Notes: a model not told the origin generated them from the sequence alone. Positions 35,273 through 43,117 are shown, counted from the first letter of the stretch. The stretch: DNA of 45,388 bases from an uncultured bacterium (GCA_964577095.1 CAZNXX010000003.1:1-45388); one strand, 5' to 3'. Translations and numbers: made by a program.

Positions 35273-36481
35273 TCAGAACGCACGGGTCAGTATCTCCGTG
35301 ATCGCATCCGGCCCGAGGAGTACGGGATTCCCCTTCATGCTGTTCGCGCGTCCGGCTTTTTCCGCCAGAACCGGAAAATCGGAGGGTTTCAGGCCCCATG
35401 CCGACAGGCGCGGGATGCGGAACGATTCCACCAGGCTCCGCGCCCATTGAATTCCCGCCTCGGGTTCAGCGGATGGATCTCCTGTCAGGATGCGGGCGAC
35501 TTCCTCGTACCGGTTCAGGGATCCGGCCGGATCCGGGCCTTTCCGGAGCAGACGGATGTTCACGGTCATGACCTCCGGAAGCAGTCTGGCGCATGCCGCG
35601 CCGTGCGGAGCGGACCTGAGCCCGCCAAGCGGAGCGGCAATGCCGTGCACTGCCCCGAGTCTGGCATTGGCCAGGGCCATGCCTGAAAACAGGGCGGCCA
35701 GGGACATGTCCTGCCGGGCCGTGATGTCGTTCCCGTCCTCGACCGCCCGGCCGAGCGAAACCGCGGCGCGCCGCATGCCCTCGCGGCAGAGGCCGTCGAC
35801 CAGCGCGTGCGGCCTGAAGCAGGTGAAAGGTTCGATGAGCTGGGTGAGCGCGTCCATCCCGGACGCGGCTGTCAAGGCCGGAGAGCAGGTCAATGTCAGG
35901 GCCGGGTCCACGATCGCGATACGCGGCATCATCATCGGGCTTCTGAGACTGACCTTCACCCTATGCTCCGGGGATGATAGAACCGCGTTGAATGTGGCCT
36001 CCGCCCCGGTTCCGGCCGTGGTCGGCACGGCAATGACCGGCAGGCCGGGCCTCTCCAGGGGTTTTCCGCGGCCTACAACCTCCAGGTAATCGAGCGGGTC
36101 CGACGGATGCGCTGCCAGCGCGGCCGCTGCCTTGGCGCAGTCCATGGCGCTGCCGCCTCCCATGCCGACAGCCGTGTCGCAGTCCGATTCCTTCGCCAGC
36201 CTCACCGCTTCCATCACCGCCGGGACGGACGGCTCCGCGGAAACCCGGAAAACGAATACCCGCAGTCCTGAACGGGTCAGGCTTTCGACTGCCGCGGACT
36301 CGGCGGATTCCGGCGCCCCGGACACGAGCAGGACGGACCTGCCGAGCCTGAACGCCTCCGGACCCAGTTCAGCGAACCGGCCGATTCCGAAGCGTACGGC
36401 TCCGGGCGCGATGAAATCGAAGGATTCGGATCGAGATCCGGGCTCGGTACCCGGTCGCGATAGAGGGGAGCGGCCATTCAT
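35273..36481 (-). CDS. Iron-containing (group III) alcohol dehydrogenase
   Basis: 402 aa from the ATG at 36481 (MNGRSPLS..). ..AVGMGGGSAMDCAKA.., ..VIAVPTTAGTGAE.. and ..HGAACA... The longer ORF start at 36565 is rejected. Confidence 0.85.
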   Translation of the reverse strand: MNGRSPLSRPGTEPGSRSESFDFIAPGAVRFGIGRFAELGPEAFRLGRSVLLVSGAPESAESAAVESLTRSGLRVFVFRVSAEPSVPAVMEAVRLAKESDCDTAVGMGGGSAMDCAKAAAALAAHPSDPLDYLEVVGRGKPLERPGLPVIAVPTTAGTGAEATFNAVLSSPEHRVKVSLRSPMMMPRIAIVDPALTLTCSPALTAASGMDALTQLIEPFTCFRPHALVDGLCREGMRRAAVSLGRAVEDGNDITARQDMSLAALFSGMALANARLGAVHGIAAPLGGLRSAPHGAACARLLPEVMTVNIRLLRKGPDPAGSLNRYEEVARILTGDPSAEPEAGIQWARSLVESFRIPRLSAWGLKPSDFPVLAEKAGRANSMKGNPVLLGPDAITEILTRAF

Positions 36482-36516
36482 TTGAACTTCTTGAAAGAAA
36501 TTTTCAATCCTTCTGT

Positions 36517-36553
36517 TTCCGTGTTCTTCCGTGCCCTTCCGTGTGTCTCCGTG
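36517..36553 (-). repeat. Four helically phased 10-bp repeats (mRNA strand CACGGAR-NNN)
   Basis: The plus strand has TTCCGTG at 36517, 36527 and 36537, and CTCCGTG at 36547, exactly 10 bp apart. They lie between the ABM stop (36562) and the ADH start (36481). Confidence 0.9.
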
Positions 36554-36561
36554 GTGAGAAC

Positions 36562-36876
36562 TCACGCCCGGAGCCAGACGGGCTCATCCGGGAACACGGG
36601 ATCGTAGTGCACGGCCCTGCGCGGCTCGGCCATCCAGTCCGCGACCGCGTCGCGCCAGGCCCTGTAATGAGCGGTTTCCTTGTGCCGGGCCGGATCCTCG
36701 ACGGTCCGGTATATCTCCACCAGGACGAATCGCGTCGGATCGCCCTTCTCCTGGAACACGTCGAACCGGATCACGCCCGGCTCCCGGCTGCTGTTCGACG
36801 CGTTCTCAAGGCTCGCGCGCCTGAAATCTTCGACGCGGTCCGGCTTCACGGCCGCGTGCACGAGAGTGATCACCAT
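36562..36876 (-). CDS. Antibiotic biosynthesis monooxygenase (ABM) superfamily protein
   Basis: 104 aa. The ferredoxin-like ABM pattern ..VHAAVKPDRVEDFRRA..EPGVIRFDVFQ..FVLVEIY...H..T.HY..W... Confidence 0.75.
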   Translation of the reverse strand: MVITLVHAAVKPDRVEDFRRASLENASNSSREPGVIRFDVFQEKGDPTRFVLVEIYRTVEDPARHKETAHYRAWRDAVADWMAEPRRAVHYDPVFPDEPVWLRA

Positions 36877-36922
36877 GCCTGCGCCTCCGTCCGCGGGAAG
36901 CGGCGCCCCGGAAAGGGCCGCC

Positions 36923-37717
36923 TCACCGCTTCTGGTTCATGTCGTTGATGATGTCCTCCGCGAAATCCGGAAAATGCTTCCGGATGCAGTCCGGGCATAT
37001 GCCGTGAGAGAAGGTTGCGGGAATCCGCGTTTCCACGTACGCCTCCACCTTCTCCCAGTATCCCCGGTCGTTCCGCACATTCTTGCAGTAGGAACACATG
37101 GGAACGAGGTCCCGGAGCTCCCGCACCTCCGATAGGGCGGCAGCCAGGTCCCGGTGCACGTTCCAGTGCCGCTCGATGATTTCCGCGATGAGGTCGAGGG
37201 ATGGATCCTTCACGCCGAGCTTTCTCGCTTCGCGGATGAGGCCGTCCAGGTGGCGGGTGTAGGCTTCCTCCTGCGATGTGTCCTTCGTCTTCCGGACGTG
37301 GAGGAGGAAGAAGGCGGGAAAGGCCGGATGCAGCAGAAGCCATTCAACCTGGTAGGCGAGAAGAAAGACGGCAGTGGCATCTGAAGGCAGGCCCTGTTTC
37401 AGCCTGGACTCCAGCTTCCGGTTCAGGTCCTCCAGCTCGCGGATGACGGATTCCGGCTTGTCGAAGAGGCCCGGGAGGCCGCCCTCTTCCTGCGATTCGA
37501 GGAGCTTCTCCCACATCCGGACGTGGGTCCGTTCCTGTTCCGCCATGTCCAGCCAGAACGGCTTCAGCCCGTCGGCCGGAGCCTGTTCCGCCAGCCGGAC
37601 GTAGAACGCCACGGCCGTGTGTTCCAGGCGGATGCAGCGCTCCAGTACGCCGGTTTGGCCGGTTCCGTTCATGATCACCCCCGTTTGTGGACTGATGGAC
37701 GGGGATAATTTAGGCAA
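36923..37717 (-). CDS. Ferritin-like four-helix domain protein with Cys-rich C-terminal module (CxxC..HGICPxC)
   Basis: 264 aa. N-terminal ..LEHTAVAFYVRLAE..FWLDMAEQERTHVRMWEKLL.. is rubrerythrin/ferritin-like. C-terminal ..MCSYCKNVRNDRGYWEKVEAYVETRIPATFSHGICPDCIRKHFP... Confidence 0.55.
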   Translation of the reverse strand: MPKLSPSISPQTGVIMNGTGQTGVLERCIRLEHTAVAFYVRLAEQAPADGLKPFWLDMAEQERTHVRMWEKLLESQEEGGLPGLFDKPESVIRELEDLNRKLESRLKQGLPSDATAVFLLAYQVEWLLLHPAFPAFFLLHVRKTKDTSQEEAYTRHLDGLIREARKLGVKDPSLDLIAEIIERHWNVHRDLAAALSEVRELRDLVPMCSYCKNVRNDRGYWEKVEAYVETRIPATFSHGICPDCIRKHFPDFAEDIINDMNQKR

Positions 37718-37741
37718 CCTTTTTCAGAATGCAAAGGGAAT

Positions 37742-38263
37742 TCAGGGCCGGGTTTCACCGCTGGAGAAGGCGACGCGGCACGATTCGCCCTGTTCGTCGA
37801 TCGCGAAGACCTCGTCGATGGTCAGGGCCGTGACCATGCCCTGGCCGTCCGCGAACGGGGAGTACTCGTTCATGGGGATTTGAAAGCGGTAAAATAAATA
37901 GGCGGTTCCAGTGTCGATGGACGCGAAGACCTCGAAAGGAAAGCCCGCCTGCGGGACCACTGGGTCCAGGCGGTCGGTGCGGAAGCGGAAAGCGTGCGCC
38001 TTGGTTTCCGGAGGACCGGAAAGCGCCGCTTTCCCGCGGAACTCCAGGGCGGCGGTCTTCAGGTTCTCGGCGCGAACCCGGAATTCAAGGATATTGACCT
38101 TGCGCGCCACCAGACTCTCGGACAGGGGATCGATCGGAACATACCGGGTGCTCAGGTGGTCGATACGGACGAGACGCAGATCCGGCTTGAGCTCGGGATT
38201 GCTCGGATAATGCTCGCACGCCGCCAGGCTCAGAACCGTGCAAAACAGTGTCAGGTGACGCAA
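37742..38263 (-). CDS. Hypothetical lipoprotein
   Basis: 173 aa. TTG start 6 nt after AAGGAGGA. Lipobox LSLAAC. No recognisable family. Confidence 0.6.
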   Translation of the reverse strand: MRHLTLFCTVLSLAACEHYPSNPELKPDLRLVRIDHLSTRYVPIDPLSESLVARKVNILEFRVRAENLKTAALEFRGKAALSGPPETKAHAFRFRTDRLDPVVPQAGFPFEVFASIDTGTAYLFYRFQIPMNEYSPFADGQGMVTALTIDEVFAIDEQGESCRVAFSSGETRP

Positions 38264-38438
38264 GGTTTTCCTCCTTCGGCCCGGAAAGGGGAAACAATTT
38301 CCCCTTTCAACGGAAAATCAGCCGGATTCCGGGAAATTTTGGCTAATCCTTATCCTAATATTTTCAATTTGTTATATCAAATGATACAATCCGGATCCAA
38401 TACTCCCGTCCGGAATACAGGCAAACCGGGGGCCAGAT

Positions 38439-38486
38439 ACGTTAACACGTTAGCACGTTAGCACGTTTGAACGTTATAACGTGTCA
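38439..38486. repeat. Six tandem 8-bp repeats ACGTTNNN
   Basis: ACGTTAAC ACGTTAGC ACGTTAGC ACGTTTGA ACGTTATA ACGTGTCA. The array overlaps the stop codon of the protease gene. Confidence 0.9.
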
Positions 38487-38978
38487 ACAGGAGGGGGCTG
38501 CGGAAAAACCGGGAAGTGTTTCGATGGCCTTGATCAGCGTTTCGGAGAACGCGTCGAGCGCTGCGGCAACAGGCGCAGAAACCTCATGGAACAGCCCGAG
38601 CGTCATAGGCTGCAGGCCGATAATGAGAATCCTGCACGGCATTTCCCGCTCGATGTAATCCGTCAGCACGAAAAGCGGCAGTCGGTGCGTGGAGAAAGAG
38701 ATGCCGGTGATCTCGACCGGGTCCGCGGCCACCACGGTGCCGGGCTCGCGTCCGAAATCAACGCTGTCGACGATGACGAGGTGGGATGGCGCAAATCGCC
38801 GGATTTCTCCGGTGAGGTTCTCAGGCGCGGTTTCGCCCATGAAGGCACGGAACCGGGACGGATCCGGAAGGGACGCAAAACGCGCCTCAAGCCTGCGGCA
38901 CAGGATCAGGCCCGCGGCATCGTCTCCGCGCAGGTCGGACCCCACGCCCAGAATGCCGAGCGACCGGACGTCCTTCAG
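38484..38978 (-). CDS. [NiFe] hydrogenase maturation endopeptidase (HycI/HyaD family); start codon unresolved
   Basis: ..SLGILGVGSDLRGDDAAGL.., ..VIVDSVDFG.. and ..STHRLPL.. match the hydrogenase protease family. There is no ATG/GTG/TTG upstream of the first beta strand, only CTG (38978 or 39002). The frame is +1 relative to the preceding gene. Confidence 0.7.
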   Translation of the reverse strand: MKDVRSLGILGVGSDLRGDDAAGLILCRRLEARFASLPDPSRFRAFMGETAPENLTGEIRRFAPSHLVIVDSVDFGREPGTVVAADPVEITGISFSTHRLPLFVLTDYIEREMPCRILIIGLQPMTLGLFHEVSAPVAAALDAFSETLIKAIETLPGFSAAPSC

Positions 38979-38991
38979 AAAAGGGGGAAGC

Positions 38992-39420
38992 TTATTTTTC
39001 AGCGACTGGGGCAGGGGCGGGTTCCGTCGGGGACGGCTCCGCCTGCGGGGCGGCCGGAGCGTCCGGAGATACCGGTGGAGCGGGCGCGGCCTCGAAGAAC
39101 GCCTTGAGCTGGCCCTGGTTGTATCCCGCGAGCTCGTAGCGGTCGGTCGCCTCGAGGGCGCTCTTGGGGCAGGAGTCCACGCACTGGGCGCAGTAGATGC
39201 AGCGGCCGAGGTCGAAATGCGCCTCGAAGCGCTTCTCCCCCACCTTGCGGATCTCGATCGCGTCCGCGGGGCAGTCGCGCATGCACATGCGGCAGCCGAT
39301 GCAGTTTTTGGCGATGAATCGGATCTGGCCGCGGAAATGCGCGGGCATCTCGAACCGGACGGCCGGGTACCGATGGGTGGCCGGCTTCCGGAAAACGGAG
39401 GCGATGAGCGTGCTGAACAT
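38992..39420 (-). CDS. Group 4 hydrogenase 2x[4Fe-4S] subunit (MbhN/EchF/NuoI-like) with Pro/Ala-rich C-terminal tail
   Basis: 142 aa from the ATG at 39420. CIGCRMCMRDCP and CIYCAQCVDSCP. The last ~35 aa are APAPPVSPDAPAAPQAEPSPTEPAPAPVAEK. Confidence 0.85.
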   Translation of the reverse strand: MFSTLIASVFRKPATHRYPAVRFEMPAHFRGQIRFIAKNCIGCRMCMRDCPADAIEIRKVGEKRFEAHFDLGRCIYCAQCVDSCPKSALEATDRYELAGYNQGQLKAFFEAAPAPPVSPDAPAAPQAEPSPTEPAPAPVAEK

Positions 39421-39434
39421 GGCACCGGGTCTGA

Positions 39435-40376
39435 TCATGAAAAGAAAATCCCTTTCAGCACCAGGTTCACGATCACCTGCAGGAAGGCGATCGGCGCGAG
39501 CACCTTCCAGCAGAAGCCGATCATCTGGTCGATGCGCAGTCTCGCCACGAGCGAGCGGATCAGGGCGATCAGCGCGATGAGGAACAGTATCTTCACAAGA
39601 AACAGGACGAAACCTGCGGCGGCCGGCAGGTCGAGACCGAAGGGCAGGAAGACCGCGGCCAGCAGGGACGCGCCCGTGATCATCTCGATGTCGAAGGACA
39701 GCCGGAACCACGCGAGAAAGCGGCCGCTGTACTCGGTGAAGGCCCCGCCCACGATCTCCGTCTCGGCTTCCGGGATGTCGAAGGGAACCTTTTCCAGCTT
39801 GCCGAGCAGGGCGATCAGCGCGATGACGAATCCCGCGGCGTTCGCGGCCAGGGCCCATGGCCTCGCCTGGAAGAAAACCGTCAGCTCCGACAGGGACCAC
39901 GTGCCCGCGAGCAGGCAGGGTCCGAGCACGGCCAGAAAAAGCGGCACTTCATAGGCATAGAGCTGGGTCAGGGTGCGGGCCGACCCGAGCAGGGCGTACA
40001 CGGACTTCGACGTGTACCCGCCGAGAAAGTAGGTGAAGGTCGGAATGGTCAGCAGGTACAGAACGACGATCGCGTCCCCGCTGAACGAATACAGCGATGC
40101 TGAATTCCACAGGGGGATGTAGAAGAACGCGGTCACCACCGCGGTCAGCGCGAACACCGGCATGAGCCTGAAGAGGCTGCGGTCCACGCCGTCCGGCACG
40201 AGCTCCTCCTTGGACAGGAGCTTGATGAAATCGGCCAGGGGCTGGAACCATGGCGGCCCCATCCGGTTCTGGAACCGGGCGTACAGCCTCCGGTCGATGA
40301 ACTCTCCGGCCAGGCCCGCGACGGCGAGAAACAGGAGGCCCGGAAAAACGAGAATCTGGATCAGCGCAGTGCCCAT
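39435..40376 (-). CDS. Group 4 hydrogenase membrane subunit (MbhM/EchB/HycD, NuoH-like)
   Basis: 313 aa polytopic. ..RRLYARFQNRMGPPWFQPLADFIKLL.. is the NuoH-family N-terminal signature. Confidence 0.85.
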   Translation of the reverse strand: MGTALIQILVFPGLLFLAVAGLAGEFIDRRLYARFQNRMGPPWFQPLADFIKLLSKEELVPDGVDRSLFRLMPVFALTAVVTAFFYIPLWNSASLYSFSGDAIVVLYLLTIPTFTYFLGGYTSKSVYALLGSARTLTQLYAYEVPLFLAVLGPCLLAGTWSLSELTVFFQARPWALAANAAGFVIALIALLGKLEKVPFDIPEAETEIVGGAFTEYSGRFLAWFRLSFDIEMITGASLLAAVFLPFGLDLPAAAGFVLFLVKILFLIALIALIRSLVARLRIDQMIGFCWKVLAPIAFLQVIVNLVLKGIFFS

Positions 40377-41615
40377 TTAAAGCTTCTTCATCCTTCGGGT
40401 GAGTGACCGGTTCAGTTCCGTGAAATCAACGCCCCGGTTCCGGTAGAAATCGATGCTGTGCTTCCTCAGGCGGCCCCAGTCCATGCGGTCCCGCGGCCCC
40501 GCCTCCGCCCGGTCGATCTCGACGGCCCGGTCGGTGCAGGAAAAGCAGGGGTCGATGGCCGCGATGACGATGGGCATGTCGGCCAAGTTGTTGTCCCTCA
40601 GCATGTGCGAAACGGCCTGGAGGTTCGCCAGCGTGGGCGCGCGCACTTTCACGCGTTCGGGTTTTTCGGTTCCGTTCGCCTTCACGTAGTGCACGTCCTC
40701 GCCGCGGGGCGCCTCGTACCGGCTGAGGGCCTCCCCGGCCGGAACCTTGCGCGGCGCCTTGACCGTGATCGGGCCGTCGGGCATGTTCTTCACGATCTGG
40801 CGGATCATCGAATAGCTCTCCATCAGCTCGCCGAGGCGGACGAGGGTCCGTCCGTACACGTCGCAGTGGTCGTTCGTCACGACTTTGAAGTCCAGCTCAT
40901 CGTACGCGAGATAGGGATCGTCCTTCCGGATGTCGCGGGCCACGCCCGACGCGCGGCCGGTCGGGCCGACCACCAGGAGCCGGAGCGCGTCCTCGTGCGT
41001 CACCACACCGACGCCGGAAAGGCGCTTGATCACCGTGGTCTCCTCGGAGCAGACCTGGATGTAGTACTTCGTCTGCTCCTCGAGGCGGTCGACGCCCTTG
41101 AGAATGGTTTCGGACAGTGCCGCGTCCACGTCGCGCCGCACGCCGCCCACGGTATTCATGCTGTAATGCACCCGGTTGCCGGTGACCGCGGCCAGCAGGT
41201 CCATGACCACCTCGCGGTCGCGCCAGGAGTACATGAGCAAAGTGTCGAACCCGATCTCGTGCCCGGCCACGCCGAGCCAGAGCAGGTGGCTGTGCACGCG
41301 CTCCAGCTCGCCGACGAGCATGCGGATGTACTGGGCGCGGCGGGGCACCTGGAGCCCGGCTATTTCCTCCACGGCCTGGATAAACGCGGTGCCGTGGGAA
41401 TGCGAGCAGATGCCGCAGATGCGCTCGACGAGGTAGATGTCCTGGGTGTAGGTGCGGCTTTCCGCGCCCTTCTCCACGCCCCGGTGGTTGTATCCCATGC
41501 GCACGCTCGCGGCCGTGATCTTCTCGCCGCGCAGGGTGATGAGAAAGCTCTCGGGTTCCTTCAGGGCCGGATGCTGGGGCCCGACCGGTATCTGAACGGT
41601 TCCGAAATCAGGCAT
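40377..41615 (-). CDS. Group 4 [NiFe] hydrogenase large subunit (MbhL/EchE/HycE, NuoD-like)
   Basis: 412 aa. N-terminal Ni-Fe ligands RICGICSHSH, C-terminal DPCFSCTDR, followed by a 49-aa extension. Confidence 0.9.
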   Translation of the reverse strand: MPDFGTVQIPVGPQHPALKEPESFLITLRGEKITAASVRMGYNHRGVEKGAESRTYTQDIYLVERICGICSHSHGTAFIQAVEEIAGLQVPRRAQYIRMLVGELERVHSHLLWLGVAGHEIGFDTLLMYSWRDREVVMDLLAAVTGNRVHYSMNTVGGVRRDVDAALSETILKGVDRLEEQTKYYIQVCSEETTVIKRLSGVGVVTHEDALRLLVVGPTGRASGVARDIRKDDPYLAYDELDFKVVTNDHCDVYGRTLVRLGELMESYSMIRQIVKNMPDGPITVKAPRKVPAGEALSRYEAPRGEDVHYVKANGTEKPERVKVRAPTLANLQAVSHMLRDNNLADMPIVIAAIDPCFSCTDRAVEIDRAEAGPRDRMDWGRLRKHSIDFYRNRGVDFTELNRSLTRRMKKL

Positions 41616-42099
41616 GGGTCTCTCCTTCCTCCGGAGCCGGCTCGGCGTCCGCGGGCTTCCAGTCCTTGCGGAGCGGGTACTGCCCCTCGGGCCAGCTGTC
41701 CGGGAGCGGGTACCGCGAGCCTTCCGGCAGTCCGGTCACGACGATGCCGAGCAGGTCGACCAGCTCGCGCTCGTACGCCTCGGCGGACGGGAACCGGTCC
41801 GTGATGCTCCGCATGACCGGCTTGTCCTTCGGCAGATGGATGCGGAGGTTGACCACAACGCCGTCGGGACGGGCCATGTGGTACAGGACGCCGAACGTCC
41901 CGGATTCGGCCTCGTCCAGGCCGGTCAGGATGAGCAGAATGGTGACGCCGAGCGATTCCGTGCAGAAGTCGAAGACCTCGCGGAACCGTCCGGCCGGCAC
42001 GTCGACCCAGATCCGGCGCGCCCGCTGGAGGACGATTTTGTCCGCCAGTTCGGGAAAACGCGCTGACAGGTCGTCTCGGAATTTCTCTTCGAGTGTCAT
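41608..42099 (-). CDS. Group 4 hydrogenase NuoC-like subunit (MbhK/EchD)
   Basis: 163 aa from the ATG at 42099 (alternative GTG at 42132). The NuoC-fold pattern ..LLILTGLDE..FGVLYHM.. and ..AEAYERELVDLLGI... 8-nt overlap with the large subunit start. Confidence 0.75.
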   Translation of the reverse strand: MTLEEKFRDDLSARFPELADKIVLQRARRIWVDVPAGRFREVFDFCTESLGVTILLILTGLDEAESGTFGVLYHMARPDGVVVNLRIHLPKDKPVMRSITDRFPSAEAYERELVDLLGIVVTGLPEGSRYPLPDSWPEGQYPLRKDWKPADAEPAPEEGETHA

Positions 42100-42316
42100 A
42101 TTTGATGTCCAGTCTTCAATTGACCGCAACACATGGAAACCACCCGCTGACGGAAAAGTTCCGTTTTATTGATTCCGGCCGCTGGGGCGCGCGGCTCCAG
42201 GCGGCCGGCTTCAGACGAGCCGATTCCGGCTCGCGACTCTTCAAAAGCGGCTCCAGGAGGCCGGCTCCCGGCGGTCCCGTGCCCGGTGGAAGGCCCCGCG
42301 CCCGCGGTCCCGGCCC

Positions 42317-42772
42317 TCAGCCGGCCGAGGTCTTTTTCGGCGGGCTCTCCAGGGTGGCCAGCAGTTTGACCACGCCGTCGATGATGGCGTTCGGGGTCAC
42401 GGGACACCCGGGGATATAGGCTGAAACCGGCAGGATGCGGTCGATGCCGCCTCGGACGTTGTAGCACCCGCGGAACACGCCTCCCGTGCACGCGCAGGTG
42501 CCGACGGCCACCACGAACTTCGGTTCGGCCATCTGCTCGTAGATTCGAAGCAGGCGGTCCTCGATCTGCCGCGTCACGGGTCCGGAGGCCAGCAGGACGT
42601 CCGCGTGCCGCGGGGTGCCCTTGAGCAGGACGCCGAAGCGTTCCAGGTCATACCGCGGCGTCAGGGACGCGACGATTTCGATGTCGCACCCGTTGCACGC
42701 GCCGGAATTGAAATGGATCACCCAGGGCGACTTGATGCGCGACCACTGGACGATCCTCTGAATCGCTCCCAA
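42317..42772 (-). CDS. Group 4 hydrogenase small subunit (MbhJ/EchC/HycG, NuoB-like)
   Basis: 151 aa. TTG start with a GAGGAGG RBS. [4Fe-4S] ligands in ..SGACNGCDIE.., ..GTCACTGG.. and ..IPGCP... Confidence 0.9.
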   Translation of the reverse strand: MGAIQRIVQWSRIKSPWVIHFNSGACNGCDIEIVASLTPRYDLERFGVLLKGTPRHADVLLASGPVTRQIEDRLLRIYEQMAEPKFVVAVGTCACTGGVFRGCYNVRGGIDRILPVSAYIPGCPVTPNAIIDGVVKLLATLESPPKKTSAG

Positions 42773-42778
42773 CGGGGA

Positions 42779-43117
42779 TTACCTCCTCTGCAGAACGGAC
42801 AGGCCGATCACCGCGCCCGCGCAGTACACCGCGGCGATGGCGAAGATGCCGGCGTTCACGGCCGGAACCGAGGCGACGGCCAGGGCCACCACGTGAAGAA
42901 TCGTGAAGAAAAACGCGAACGGGAAGAACGAGCTGTAATCCGGCTGGGCGCCGTGGCCCTTGAAATCCTCACCGCAGGCGTATCCCTTCCCCGACCCGGA
43001 CGGTTTCGGGCCCTTCCGCCTGAACGCGAGCCTGCCGCCGAGCAGGGAGAGCAGGGCCGTGACGGCAAGCAGGATGCCGAACGCGACCGGGGGCGAGAGC
43101 CAGATGCTGGAGTTCAT
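42779..43117 (-). CDS. Small membrane subunit (MbhI/NuoA-like)
   Basis: 112 aa with three hydrophobic segments. ..GYACGEDF.. recalls the NuoA YECGF loop. It sits directly upstream of the NuoB-like gene. Confidence 0.55.
   Translation of the reverse strand: MNSSIWLSPPVAFGILLAVTALLSLLGGRLAFRRKGPKPSGSGKGYACGEDFKGHGAQPDYSSFFPFAFFFTILHVVALAVASVPAVNAGIFAIAAVYCAGAVIGLSVLQRR

Noticed and set aside
40377-41615. Possible selenocysteine or other recoding in the hydrogenase large subunit
   Set aside because: All four Ni-Fe ligand positions are encoded by Cys codons (RICGICS, DPCFSC), and the ORF has no in-frame TGA.
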